This document shows, piece by piece, positions 1-7,824 of a DNA stretch of 16,195 bases. The stretch lies in the IMG/VR virus record IMGVR_UViG_2537561991_000020. One strand, given 5' to 3'. The DNA comes from a virus (Duplodnaviria > Heunggongvirae > Uroviricota > Caudoviricetes). Position numbers and translations under genes: made by a program. The notes under the pieces are model-generated. The model saw only the letters and a list, made by a program, of their open reading frames with translations. It had not been told where the DNA came from and ran no database searches. Each line of letters starts with the position of its first letter. The first letter of the stretch is position 1.

Positions 1-276
1 GTGGCTTCTGTTTCTATCAGCTGTCCCTCCTGTTCAGCTACTGACGGGGTGGTGCGTAACGGCAAAAGCACCGCCGGACATCAGCGCTATCTCTGCTCTC
101 ACTGCCGTAAAACATGGCAACTGCAGTTCACTTACACCGCTTCTCAACCCGGTACGCACCAGAAAATCATTGATATGGCCATGAATGGCGTTGGATGCCG
201 GGCAACTGCCCGCATTATGGGCGTTGGCCTCAACACGATTTTACGTCACTTAAAAAACTCAGGCCGCAGTCGGTAA
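1..276 (+). CDS. insA: IS1 InsA (transposition regulator; N-terminal part of the InsAB' transposase)
   Basis: 91-aa ORF starting with GTG at 1; sequence [39 protein letters not shown]... with a Cys-rich zinc finger, matching IS1 InsA as I recall it. Confidence 0.9.
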
Positions 277-698
277 CCTCGCGCATACAGCCGGGCAGTG
301 ACGTCATCGTCTGCGCGGAAATGGACGAACAGTGGGGCTATGTCGGGGCTAAATCGCGCCAGCGCTGGCTGTTTTACGCGTATGACAGTCTCCGGAAGAC
401 GGTTGTTGCGCACGTATTCGGTGAACGCACTATGGCGACGCTGGGGCGTCTTATGAGCCTGCTGTCACCCTTTGACGTGGTGATATGGATGACGGATGGC
501 TGGCCGCTGTATGAATCCCGCCTGAAGGGAAAGCTGCACGTAATCAGCAAGCGATATACGCAGCGAATTGAGCGGCATAACCTGAATCTGAGGCAGCACC
601 TGGCACGGCTGGGACGGAAGTCGCTGTCGTTCTCAAAATCGGTGGAGCTGCATGACAAAGTCATCGGGCATTATCTGAACATAAAACACTATCAATAA
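195..698 (+). CDS. insB: IS1 InsB (transposase catalytic part, expressed via -1 frameshift from insA)
   Basis: 167-aa ORF overlapping the insA 3' end in the -1 frame; A6C frameshift motif at 253-259; sequence matches IS1 InsB as I recall it. Confidence 0.9.
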
Positions 699-846
699 GT
701 TGGAGTCATTACCAGCAGCATAATGATAATGCGTAAGGGCACCCAGAAGTTTTACCCATCTTTACGCATTTGATCTGGAACAGGTTTAACAGCGGATTAT
801 CAGGTCATTAAGCAAATATAACGCCCTGAGAATTTCGACAGGCAAA

Positions 847-876
847 AGAAAAAGGGGTTAGCATTTAGCTAACCCC
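847..876 (-). terminator. Rho-independent terminator downstream of the tRNA-Ser segment (minus-strand sense)
   Basis: Perfect 9-bp stem ggggttagc / gctaacccc (854-862 and 868-876) with a 5-nt loop, followed on the minus strand by a U-run (plus-strand A-run 847-853). Confidence 0.5.
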
Positions 877-886
877 TTATCTTATC

Positions 887-946
887 TGGCGGAAGCGCAG
901 AGATTCGAACTCTGGAACCCTTTCGGGTCGCCGGTTTTCAAGACCG
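887..946 (-). other. Partial tRNA-Ser (anticodon UGA, serT-like) 3' segment from anticodon stem to CCA; probable prophage att junction
   Basis: The reverse complement reads cggtcttgaaaaccggcgacccgaaagggttccagagttcgaatctctgcgcttccgcca, i.e. anticodon stem-loop (UGA), long variable arm, T-arm, acceptor 3' strand and CCA. No matching 5' half lies upstream on that strand. It sits next to the integrase gene. Confidence 0.6.
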
Positions 947-1087
947 AAGAAAAACAAATAAAAATCAGTGTAATACGTGAAATTGCTGAAAAGTTAATCA
1001 AATTTAACACCAAGAAAAATCAAGGTATTAGGAAGTTGCTCATAGCTAGTATACCAAGTCTTTTTGCCAGAAATTTTTCTGGATTGT

Positions 1088-2107
1088 CTACTTGCTAACC
1101 ACGAGCGGCAAATCCAGTGTTGGTGTGATTTTTGTTTTACGATCGTAAATCAACACCTGATTTTCTGTTTTATGCCCGCTGAAAATTTGTTTGTCGCGAC
1201 TGCTGCCTTCGTAATCTGAGATCCCCTTGGCTTTTATGTCGTGAAAATTACACCCGAACGGAACGCCAACTTTTTGCTCGGCTGCGCGTTTAGCCTGATT
1301 CCACCAGTTATTCAGCGTTTTAGCTATGACTTTCCCGCCTTTGGTTGTATTGATCACATATTCGCATGTACAGGAAGATACATTTCGGGCTAACTGGATC
1401 GCTGTACGTAATCGCGGTGACCATTCCTTGATTTGTTTGGTGCCGGTTTTGTTTTGCTCAATGTAGATCCCTTTATCCATAATATCCTGCCATTTCAACT
1501 CAAGCACATCACCGAGTCTTGCCGCACAGAGATAGGAAATCTCCATTGCAATGCGTAACTGTGGAATTGCTTCCGCATATATCGCCGCATACTGTTCATC
1601 GGTGATGTAAACAGTGCGGGCTTTAAGAGAGAATTTTCTGACTCCTTTGCATGGGTTATTCTTCACATACCCACGCTCATATCCCCACCCGTATACTCGA
1701 CTCAGGCTTGCCAGTTCATGATTTGCCTGGGTCTTGCTCTCAAGCCCTCGTTTATCCATGAAAATTCTTACCTGCTCAGTTTTGACATTATCAGCAAGCA
1801 CTTTTCCGAATACCATCAGCAACGCCTTCTGATGTTGTCGATAATCTTTTTGGGTTCGGGGGGCCAGTTCTGTAAATGCAGGGGAGTCCATAAACATGTG
1901 CCATAATTTAGCTACGGTCATTATGTTGTGGAGTTTTGCTTTTTCCAGTTCATAATTTTGCCAGACTTTAGCTACGCTGGTTTTCCGCACTCTTCCTAGC
2001 CCTATACTTCTTGTACTTCCTTCGGGTTTCCACACGTAACTGTAACCATTCGATCTAACCCGCGGTGGCAGTACATTATCTTTTTTATTTTTTCTTGGTC
2101 TTCCCAT
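1088..2107 (-). CDS. int: Lambda-family tyrosine integrase
   Basis: 339-aa ORF. The N-terminus MGRPRKNKKDNVLPPRVRSNGYSYVWKPEG resembles the lambda Int arm-binding N-terminus; the C-terminus FHDIKAKG...SGHKTENQVLIYDRK fits the His/Tyr catalytic region of tyrosine recombinases. It is adjacent to the tRNA fragment. Confidence 0.85.
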   Translation of the reverse strand: MGRPRKNKKDNVLPPRVRSNGYSYVWKPEGSTRSIGLGRVRKTSVAKVWQNYELEKAKLHNIMTVAKLWHMFMDSPAFTELAPRTQKDYRQHQKALLMVFGKVLADNVKTEQVRIFMDKRGLESKTQANHELASLSRVYGWGYERGYVKNNPCKGVRKFSLKARTVYITDEQYAAIYAEAIPQLRIAMEISYLCAARLGDVLELKWQDIMDKGIYIEQNKTGTKQIKEWSPRLRTAIQLARNVSSCTCEYVINTTKGGKVIAKTLNNWWNQAKRAAEQKVGVPFGCNFHDIKAKGISDYEGSSRDKQIFSGHKTENQVLIYDRKTKITPTLDLPLVVSK

Positions 2108-2327
2108 TGTTCAGCGCCTCAAAATCGGGTTCAGCAGAAACCAGTTCAGATGTTTTTGGCATCGTTGTCAGACCGTGTGGAATATCCCTGCGGAGAACTA
2201 TGGGTTCGTTTTTAGGGCCGATTACAAATGGGATGCCGTGCAGTCTTAACTGGTGTTGCTGTTTTGTGTATCGCTCGTATTTCGTGATCTCTTTAATCTC
2301 TGCTGGAGATAGAGTTAATTCGTACAT
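2085..2327 (-). CDS. xis: Putative excisionase (80 aa), start chosen at the internal ATG at 2327
   Basis: Small ORF (MYELTLSPAEIKEITKYERY...) immediately upstream of int and overlapping its start by 23 nt, as xis/int do in lambda. The first residues resemble lambda Xis (MYLTLQEW...). Assignment is by position and size only. Confidence 0.45.
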   Translation of the reverse strand: MYELTLSPAEIKEITKYERYTKQQHQLRLHGIPFVIGPKNEPIVLRRDIPHGLTTMPKTSELVSAEPDFEALNNGKTKKK

Positions 2328-2394
2328 GTGGTCACGTGCCTTTACAGCATGACCGCCGCCACTATAGCTGGTGGGCGGCGATATGGGTTGAACA

Positions 2395-4866
2395 TTAAAA
2401 ATCAGCCTGACTCGGGAGCAGTTTTTGCCAGATGGCTGAAACGTATTTCGCCTGGTAACGTGCATCGTTCAGAGCGTTATGGCGTTCACCTTCGAATGGA
2501 ATAGTCGTTCTTGCGTCGAAATCCATCACCAGTCCCAGAGCAACCATCGTTCTTACATCGCGATCATTGGTGTAACGCCACGGGCAGGGGATCCCCTGCC
2601 GTTCATATGAACGGCGTAAAATCACGTTGTCGAAAGTTGCACCGTTACCCCAGACCTGAACAAAAAATTCACCGGAGTTTTCGTCGATAAATTCCCGCAA
2701 TTGTAACAGTGCATCATCTAACGGGATTTCATCGGTCATAATGGCAGATTGCGCTTCGCGTGATTGCTTAAGCCACCATTTAATGGTGTCCCGATCAATG
2801 ACTCCGCCAGCAGTTTCCAGATCAATAGTCTTACTAAATTCCGGTCCCATATCTCCGGTTTGCGGATCGAAAAATATTGCACCTATTGAGATAATCGGGG
2901 CATCAGGATTTTTTCCCATGGTTTCAAGGTCGATCATTAGATGGTCACACGTCCTGCTGGTGGATGTGATAACGTGATGACCGTTCACCGTAATTAAGGG
3001 ATCTGCCGTCTCGCCAGTTTCACTATCGCTGGCGTGATCCTGAGCGCTACCAGCATTCTCCTTGTGTGGATGTTCAGCGCCTTCCATTTCCTCCGGATCA
3101 TTTTCCTGAACTTCAACCTGATTCTCTTCATCGAATGTTTCCTGGTATGTTGCGTCACCCATCACCGCGCCACAATCATGGCAGTTGCCACCACCGCTTT
3201 GACCGCAGGCGGTGCAGACTTTTTCCGGTTCCTGTTGCGCTACTGGCTCAGGTTGTTTCGTTTCTGGCTCGTTTTGTTGCGTATTTGGGCTGTTTTGTTC
3301 CGCTTTCTGGTCGTTCTGTTCCGATTCTTGCTGGTTCTGGTTTACAGAATCGCGGGTTTCCATCCCCTTTACCCATTTCGGATCATTCGGGTCGCTAATC
3401 CCTGCAACAAATTCTCCGCGAGAGGCAGCAAGCAACTTATCGGCGTCAGGCTGGCTGATATTGGCTGCCTGCATAATTTTGTTTACTTCGTCAGCGGTAA
3501 CTTTTACCGGCTCTGGTTGTGCGGTCGTGTCAGATGCACCAGTATTTTGTTGTGAACCTGAGTATGTACTGTTTTTGCGGGCGAAATATTCTTCTTTCGT
3601 GATTTCAGTAGCCCCGGCAGCCAGTGCCTTATCCAGACCAGAAAGTTTGTTTGCGCGACCGTATTTTTCGCCATCCTTGTCGGTGAAGAGGAAGTAGAAC
3701 GGCCCCTCACGCTCTACAGATGGTTCGACTTCCACTTTGCATTCGGTTTTTTCGTTGTCCGGAATTGCCGTTTCCACTGCATCAGTTTCTGGTACTGACG
3801 ACGAGAGAGTATCAGTTGCGCTCTGATTTGTTCCTTCATCTTCAAACACGCCCTTTGTAGTCAGGTATTCAGTAATGTATTTGTTCAGTGCCACAGGGTC
3901 TTTGTGAATGTCGATCGGACGTTCACGGACAAGGCCAAAAATAGTCTGGCGGTCGTAGCGAAGGGCATCAGGCTGTTTGCGCATTGATGTCGAGATACGC
4001 TTCCAGTCTTCGCGGTCGTTGTCGATAACTTCATTTTTTGCCCAGCGATGGATGCTGCCGTCAATGTTTCCGGCATCCACATCACCAGGCCAGAGAGCGT
4101 AGGCCAGTTCGTCATCCAGTGTTTTCCATGTCTGCTTGTATTCGCGATGAATGGCAGCAATGACCAGGCTGATTTTTCCTGTTGAATTTTCAGTGTGCTG
4201 TTGATTGACTCTGGCGCGGGCGAGATCAACAACAGACGTGTATTTTCCGGTTTCCTTGCGTTCACCTTCGCGACGTTTTTTCCAGATGCGCATCTCTGCC
4301 TGAATTTCGGGCCATTTGGCACCAGGCTTACATTTATGCTTAACCCACCCGATGGCATGCAGCTTAAGCTCCGGATACATGGCGTTAACTTCTGGCATTT
4401 TCATCAACGCTTCAACGATATGTCCGTCGAATGTTGCCATGTCTTCCTGCAACAATTCCTGTGCGCTAATAACCATATCAACGGTGATGTTTTCACATGT
4501 GTCGAACTTAACCATGACAGCGTTCTGTACTTCAGGGGCCAGCTTGTCAAAAGTGACGTTCATCGGATCGGATTCAGTCTCAACCGGGACAAAGGAAGCA
4601 GACTCCTCATCCCAGCGGTTTTCCTGCATATATTCAGCATCCCAGGAATCGAGGGCAGGGCGGGGTATGCCGGGTTTATCCTCACAGACAATAAATTTAT
4701 AAGCGCAGTCCTGAGCTGCAGGGAATTGCTCCAGAAATTGCCAATGAAATTTTGCGCGTGCGCGACGCTCATCACCAGCTTCAATGGCAGTGGCCACCGC
4801 AACAGCGCTATCTTCTTTTATGGCCTGTTCATCAGGAATAGCAGCGCAAATAAAGACTTTACTCAT
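2395..4866 (-). CDS. Phage exonuclease-family protein (exodeoxyribonuclease VIII-like) with a C-terminal DnaQ-like DEDDh 3'-5' exonuclease domain
   Basis: 823-aa ORF with a GAGGT ribosome-binding site. The C-terminal region has the motifs MIDLETMG (Exo I, D/E) and [13 protein letters not shown] (Exo III, H...D). A central Q/E/N-rich low-complexity segment and a CxxC-x7-CxxC zinc ribbon ([16 protein letters not shown]) are present. It occupies the exo position between xis and the dicB operon. Confidence 0.75.
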   Translation of the reverse strand: MSKVFICAAIPDEQAIKEDSAVAVATAIEAGDERRARAKFHWQFLEQFPAAQDCAYKFIVCEDKPGIPRPALDSWDAEYMQENRWDEESASFVPVETESDPMNVTFDKLAPEVQNAVMVKFDTCENITVDMVISAQELLQEDMATFDGHIVEALMKMPEVNAMYPELKLHAIGWVKHKCKPGAKWPEIQAEMRIWKKRREGERKETGKYTSVVDLARARVNQQHTENSTGKISLVIAAIHREYKQTWKTLDDELAYALWPGDVDAGNIDGSIHRWAKNEVIDNDREDWKRISTSMRKQPDALRYDRQTIFGLVRERPIDIHKDPVALNKYITEYLTTKGVFEDEGTNQSATDTLSSSVPETDAVETAIPDNEKTECKVEVEPSVEREGPFYFLFTDKDGEKYGRANKLSGLDKALAAGATEITKEEYFARKNSTYSGSQQNTGASDTTAQPEPVKVTADEVNKIMQAANISQPDADKLLAASRGEFVAGISDPNDPKWVKGMETRDSVNQNQQESEQNDQKAEQNSPNTQQNEPETKQPEPVAQQEPEKVCTACGQSGGGNCHDCGAVMGDATYQETFDEENQVEVQENDPEEMEGAEHPHKENAGSAQDHASDSETGETADPLITVNGHHVITSTSRTCDHLMIDLETMGKNPDAPIISIGAIFFDPQTGDMGPEFSKTIDLETAGGVIDRDTIKWWLKQSREAQSAIMTDEIPLDDALLQLREFIDENSGEFFVQVWGNGATFDNVILRRSYERQGIPCPWRYTNDRDVRTMVALGLVMDFDARTTIPFEGERHNALNDARYQAKYVSAIWQKLLPSQADF

Positions 4867-4958
4867 TTTGTTTTACCTCATTACAGATTTAAGGGTGAAC
4901 AAATCCCTGCCATTGCTGGCATATAAGAATGAAACCGGATGTTTATTACGGAACTGTT

Positions 4959-5150
4959 TTAAAGACCTGCCGGGATTTCGTTATTATCCTGGTGAATAAC
5001 TTTATCGACCGGGTAACAGTTACCGGGAATTTTCTGTTCGGTTGCTGCAGTCACACACTCCTGCATTGTCCTGTGAACACTGACTGCAATATCAACTGGC
5101 TCTCCGGAAACAAGAAAAACTGTCAGAACAAGTGCAAATGCTGTATTCAT
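4959..5150 (-). CDS. ydfD: YdfD-like small lysis protein (63 aa)
   Basis: The internal-start product MNTAFALVLTVFLVSGEPVDIAVSVHRTMQECVTAATEQKIPGNCYPVDKVIHQDNNEIPAGL closely matches K-12 Qin YdfD as I recall it. Its ATG overlaps the dicB stop (ATGA). Confidence 0.7.
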   Translation of the reverse strand: MNTAFALVLTVFLVSGEPVDIAVSVHRTMQECVTAATEQKIPGNCYPVDKVIHQDNNEIPAGL

Positions 5151-5335
5151 TGCCAGCATCCTTTTTGTATCGGACGTAAACGGGCCAGCATTGAAAGAAT
5201 GCATATTTTATTTAATAGCTCCCGTTCGTGTTTTCTCTTGTTAATGGCATCTTCAGTAAATACAGGGTTACTGATAGTGACACCAATTTCAAAACAACCT
5301 TCAGACGTATTAACGTTTGGTAATAACGTTTCCAT
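5147..5335 (-). CDS. dicB: Cell division inhibitor DicB (62 aa)
   Basis: METLLPNVNTSEGCFEIGVTISNPVFTEDAINKRKHERELLNKICILSMLARLRPIQKGCWQ is near-identical to K-12 DicB as I recall it. ATG at 5335 (plus-strand cat 5333-5335) with a GAGGA ribosome-binding site; the longer track ORF (to 5440) is rejected. Confidence 0.85.
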   Translation of the reverse strand: METLLPNVNTSEGCFEIGVTISNPVFTEDAINKRKHERELLNKICILSMLARLRPIQKGCWQ

Positions 5336-5504
5336 TATCGCGTCCTCAACAATGAATTTTGTGATGTGGTGCCTGGTGCCTCCAGGTGACGTTAACCAGT
5401 TAACAATTAACGCCGGATACAGAGAATCCACCCATAACACTGTTTTTGGTTTTAACTGTTCCGCGTGCGCTCAGCCGCATTCACCGCATCACAAAATTCA
5501 CTTT

Positions 5505-5562
5505 AAAAACGGCGGCAGAGCAGTCACGGAGTAAAACTGATACCGCCAAACGTCACCAGAAA
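5505..5562 (-). ncRNA. dicF: DicF small regulatory RNA (ftsZ-targeting antisense sRNA)
   Basis: The minus strand reads tttctggtgacgtttggcggtatcagttttactccgtgactgctctgccgcc followed by a U-run, essentially the DicF sequence as I recall it. It lies between ydfC and dicB as in the K-12 dicB operon. Confidence 0.75.
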
Positions 5563-5902
5563 ATTGATAACAGAGGGCGTTGCAGCGGGGTTGTCGCTTA
5601 AGCGTATGGTCAACCTGACAACCCGGTGTCCTCAACGGGGAAGGAATAACCCCGCCATACTTACCGCCGCGCCATTTCGCGGAGTGCCACAACCGGAAGC
5701 GCACGGTCGACGAAAATTTAACGACAGGCTATCTATGAACCAGCTACCTCGCCGTGCGCTTTCGCGTTATGGTCTGACTTTTCATGGAAATATCCTTTCA
5801 GTAAACTGTCAGTGCCGGATGCTCACCCATGTCCGGCGCACGCACTCCACCTCACCCGTGGAGAACTCCTTAATTACCAACCTTAGCTTCGTTGGTTAGC
5901 TA

Positions 5903-6121
5903 TTAACGCGGGTATGTAATCATTCTGGCAATGCTTAATGCCGCTGCTTTTTCCAGCCTGGTGATATCCTGCTCCAGAGCGGACAGATTTTCAGCCTGCT
6001 TAGCCCTGGCTTCATTGGCCCATTTCAGATCCTGCGCTGCATTAATTTTCTGGCGCATCCACTCATAAAGTTCATCATCGGTATAGTCTGGCGAGATGAT
6101 GACGGGTTCTCGTTTCTGCAT
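5903..6121 (-). CDS. ydfC: YdfC-like prophage protein (72 aa)
   Basis: 72-aa ORF (MQKREPVIISPDYTDDELYEWMRQKINAAQDLKWANEARAKQ...) in the ydfA-ydfB-ydfC-dicF-dicB order. Size and synteny match K-12 ydfC; I cannot recall its sequence with confidence. Confidence 0.6.
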   Translation of the reverse strand: MQKREPVIISPDYTDDELYEWMRQKINAAQDLKWANEARAKQAENLSALEQDITRLEKAAALSIARMITYPR

Positions 6122-6150
6122 ACTGATTCCTCGCGGTGCTGCTTCGCTTA

Positions 6151-6279
6151 TCAGCCGTTAGATTTTGCCGAGCTGGAAAGCGCCTGTTTAAACTCACTGA
6201 AGCTGAGAGCTTCTTCGCCTTCGGCAAGGCCTTCGAAGTATTCTTCGTAAGCCTTTTCCATGATTGTGTCGAAATCCAT
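6151..6279 (-). CDS. ydfB: YdfB-like small protein (42 aa); not in the ORF track because it is under 60 aa
   Basis: Hand-translated minus-strand ORF: ATG at 6279 (plus-strand cat 6277-6279), product MDFDTIMEKAYEEYFEGLAEGEEALSFSEFKQALSSSQKSNG, stop at 6151-6153. A GGTGA ribosome-binding site precedes it. It sits between ydfA and ydfC. Confidence 0.6.
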   Translation of the reverse strand: MDFDTIMEKAYEEYFEGLAEGEEALSFSEFKQALSSSAKSNG

Positions 6280-6280
6280 A

Positions 6281-6436
6281 TCACTCACCTGAGTTTCTTT
6301 CCAGCCAGCGACGGGCACCATTTTCGGTTTTAAACGTTTTGCTTCTGGTATACGTCATCGCGGTAAACGTGCCGTCCTGGTTGGGAAACACGCCGCATAC
6401 CAGAGATTCGTTGTTGCCAAGATCGATAGTATTCAT
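6281..6436 (-). CDS. ydfA: YdfA-like small protein (51 aa)
   Basis: Internal-start product MNTIDLGNNESLVCGVFPNQDGTFTAMTYTRSKTFKTENGARRWLERNSGE. First gene of the dicB operon downstream of the operator/promoter region, consistent with K-12 ydfA. Confidence 0.65.
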   Translation of the reverse strand: MNTIDLGNNESLVCGVFPNQDGTFTAMTYTRSKTFKTENGARRWLERNSGE

Positions 6437-6511
6437 GCTGACCTCATTTCCCCTTAACGCCGGGGTAGCGGAACTGTTTGCTGAGAACACCGTGCGGTGT
6501 CTTGGTGGAGA

Positions 6512-6542
6512 TTAATTTAGAATAACCTAACAAATGTAGCAA
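6512..6542 (-). promoter_or_regulatory. Candidate sigma70 promoter of the ydfABC-dicF-dicB-ydfD operon (dicBp-like)
   Basis: On the minus strand: -35 TTGCTA (plus 6537-6542), 17-nt spacer, -10 TAAATT (plus 6512-6517). The spacer overlaps an operator-like half palindrome. Confidence 0.4.
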
Positions 6543-6567
6543 GTATTTTTGTTAGATTGGTCTAACA
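6515..6567. promoter_or_regulatory. Operator pair between dicA and ydfA: two 18-bp TGTTAG-N6-CTAACA-type palindromes
   Basis: Perfect inverted repeat tgttagattggtctaaca at 6550-6567. Imperfect copy tttagaataacctaaca at 6516-6532 overlaps the candidate promoter. The same motif recurs in the dicA-dicC intergenic region. Confidence 0.5.
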
Positions 6568-6603
6568 AAAAGAGTGAGGGAATCTAAGTATCTGAAAGGA
6601 GTG

Positions 6604-7011
6604 TTATTTTATTGATTTGTTTTTACGTGCTTTAAGCATTTCTTCGAAGAGTTTATTGAAATTCTCTACTCTTGCGCGCATTTCAGACAGTAAGGCTTCC
6701 TGCTCGGAGGAGGGAAGAGCATCGAATAATTCGATCAATTCTTTGTGGCTGGGAGTTAACTCGGTTTCCACATGAAGTTCTTGTGCTGGCACTGGTGCCT
6801 TGTCTTCGTCACCAAACATTAGCCATGTAGGCGAGCACTTCAGCGCATCAGCTAAAGCAAATAACCGCTTCCCGACCGGTTGGGTTTCGTCTCTTTCCCA
6901 TTGTGAAATTGTGACGTGAGCTACCCCAGCGAGGCGTGCAGCTTCTCGTTGTGTTAGGCGTAATTCTTTTCGTCGTGCCAGAACTCGCTGGCCTAGGGTT
7001 CTTGTATCCAT
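6604..7011 (-). CDS. dicA: DicA-like HTH repressor (cI-like, XRE family)
   Basis: 135-aa ORF. HTH region LTQREAARLAGVAHVTISQWERDETQP and C-terminus ...EMRARVENFNKLFEEMLKARKNK closely resemble K-12 DicA as I recall it. Divergent from dicC. Confidence 0.85.
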   Translation of the reverse strand: MDTRTLGQRVLARRKELRLTQREAARLAGVAHVTISQWERDETQPVGKRLFALADALKCSPTWLMFGDEDKAPVPAQELHVETELTPSHKELIELFDALPSSEQEALLSEMRARVENFNKLFEEMLKARKNKSIK

Positions 7012-7078
7012 AGTTAGGTAATTCTAATTTTTCTTGACTTAGGTATCCCGTGCACATTACTGTTAGGAATATCTAACA
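7012..7078. promoter_or_regulatory. dicA-dicC divergent control region with two TGTTAG-N6-CTAACA-type operators and a candidate dicC -35
   Basis: Perfect palindrome tgttaggaatatctaaca at 7061-7078; imperfect agttaggtaattctaatt at 7012-7029; TTGACT at 7035-7040 as a candidate -35 for dicC with no convincing -10. Confidence 0.5.
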
Positions 7079-7091
7079 AGAGGGGGCTTTG

Positions 7092-7319
7092 ATGCTTAAA
7101 GTTGACGCAATTACTTTTTTTGGCAGCAAAACAAAACTTGCCAATGCCGCAGGAGTGAAACTGGCAAGTGTTGCTGCATGGGGGGAACTGGTTCCTGAAG
7201 GTCGCGCGATGCGCCTGCAAGAGGCATCCGGCGGGGAACTTCAGTACGACCCCAAAGTTTATGACGAATATCGTAAGGCAAAGCGGGCGGGGCGGTTGAA
7301 CAATGAAAATCACCCCTGA
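7092..7319 (+). CDS. dicC: DicC-like Cro-type regulator (75 aa)
   Basis: MLKVDAITFFGSKTKLANAAGVKLASVAAWGELVPEGRAMRLQEASGGELQYDPKVYDEYRKAKRAGRLNNENHP matches K-12 DicC as I recall it. ATG at 7092 is preferred over the TTG at 7089 because the AGGGGG ribosome-binding site (7081-7086) is better spaced. Confidence 0.8.
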   Translation: MLKVDAITFFGSKTKLANAAGVKLASVAAWGELVPEGRAMRLQEASGGELQYDPKVYDEYRKAKRAGRLNNENHP

Positions 7320-7824
7320 ACAGGTTTGTGAGGCTCTGGATGCCTGGGTATGCCGACCAGGAATGACACAGGAGCAGGCGACGATATTAATCACGGAAGC
7401 ATTCTGGGCTCTGAAAGAACGCCCGAACATCGATGTTCAACGCGTCACGTTTAATGATGGCGAGGTTGATCAACGGGCGTTGGGCGTTAACCGGGTGAAG
7501 ATATTCGAACGCTGGAAAGCTATCGACACCAGGGATAAGCGGGAAAAATTCACGGCGCTGATTCCGGCAATTATGGAGGCTATCCGGATCAGCGATTTCA
7601 GGTTGTATTGTGAAATTACTGACGGAAAAAGCATTACGTACATGATCGCCGGGTTAAACAAAGAATATGGTGATGTGGTGGAGTCCGGGCTGCTTTTTGC
7701 GGATCCATCTGTTGTGGAACGTGAGACTGACGAGCTTATAGAAAAAGCTATTGCTTTCAAGCATGCGTATCGTCAGCAATACCAACAAAAAGCTGGATGG
7801 AATTATGAGCCTTCTTTTTGCTGA
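7303..7824 (+). CDS. YdaT-like protein in the cII position
   Basis: 173-aa ORF directly downstream of the cro-like gene with a 17-nt overlap. Weak motif resemblance to Rac YdaT (MKI...; REKFTALIPAIMEAI versus REKIQKLIPAILAIL). Confidence 0.5.
   Translation: MKITPEQVCEALDAWVCRPGMTQEQATILITEAFWALKERPNIDVQRVTFNDGEVDQRALGVNRVKIFERWKAIDTRDKREKFTALIPAIMEAIRISDFRLYCEITDGKSITYMIAGLNKEYGDVVESGLLFADPSVVERETDELIEKAIAFKHAYRQQYQQKAGWNYEPSFC

Larger units (their letters stand above)
1..713 (+). mobile_element. IS1: IS1 insertion sequence, 5'-truncated by the window start; right terminal repeat ends near 713
   Basis: InsA and InsB proteins are read directly from the ORF track; an A6C slippery motif (aaaaaac, 253-259) lies in the insA/insB overlap; the sequence ending ...cactatcaataagttggagtcattacc at 713 matches the IS1 right end as I recall it. 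Confidence 0.9.

Noticed and set aside
374-664. 96-aa minus-strand ORF inside IS1
   Set aside because: Antisense to insB within a well-characterised IS; no known IS1 gene on this strand.
1718-2352. Plus-strand ORFs 1718..1906 and 2065..2352
   Set aside because: Antisense to int and xis; no ribosome-binding site; products look like random sequence.
2741-4926. Several plus-strand ORFs (2741..2977, 3034..3555, 3066..3398, 3212..3697, 4195..4926, 4316..4702, 4784..4999) and minus-strand ORFs 3504..3710, 3885..4358 and 4560..4802
   Set aside because: All lie inside the 823-aa exonuclease gene, on the opposite strand or in other frames. Their products are low-complexity, Cys/Phe/Leu-rich sequences typical of off-frame reads, with no start context.
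5147-5440. Extended 97-aa form of dicB, and the extended forms of ydfD (to 5204), ydfA (to 6490) and hokD (from 10933)
   Set aside because: The internal ATG starts give products matching the known short proteins and have better ribosome-binding sites or stop/start coupling; the N-terminal extensions look like read-through of upstream non-coding sequence.
4929-5534. 201-aa plus-strand ORF across the ydfD/dicB/dicF region
   Set aside because: Antisense to the clearly recognisable dicB and ydfD genes; Cys-rich nonsense-like product.
5498-5899. ORFs 5498..5704 (-) and 5564..5899 (+)
   Set aside because: They overlap the DicF sRNA and the non-coding spacer between dicF and ydfC, a region expected to be RNA-processing substrate rather than coding; no ribosome-binding site and Arg/Pro-rich composition.
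6075-6333. ORFs 6075..6284 (-) and 6136..6333 (+)
   Set aside because: They overlap ydfC and ydfB in other frames or on the other strand; the 42-aa ydfB reading frame with its ribosome-binding site explains this interval better.
6848-7430. ORFs 6848..7057 (-) and 7014..7430 (-)
   Set aside because: They overlap dicA in another frame or run antisense across the operator region and dicC.
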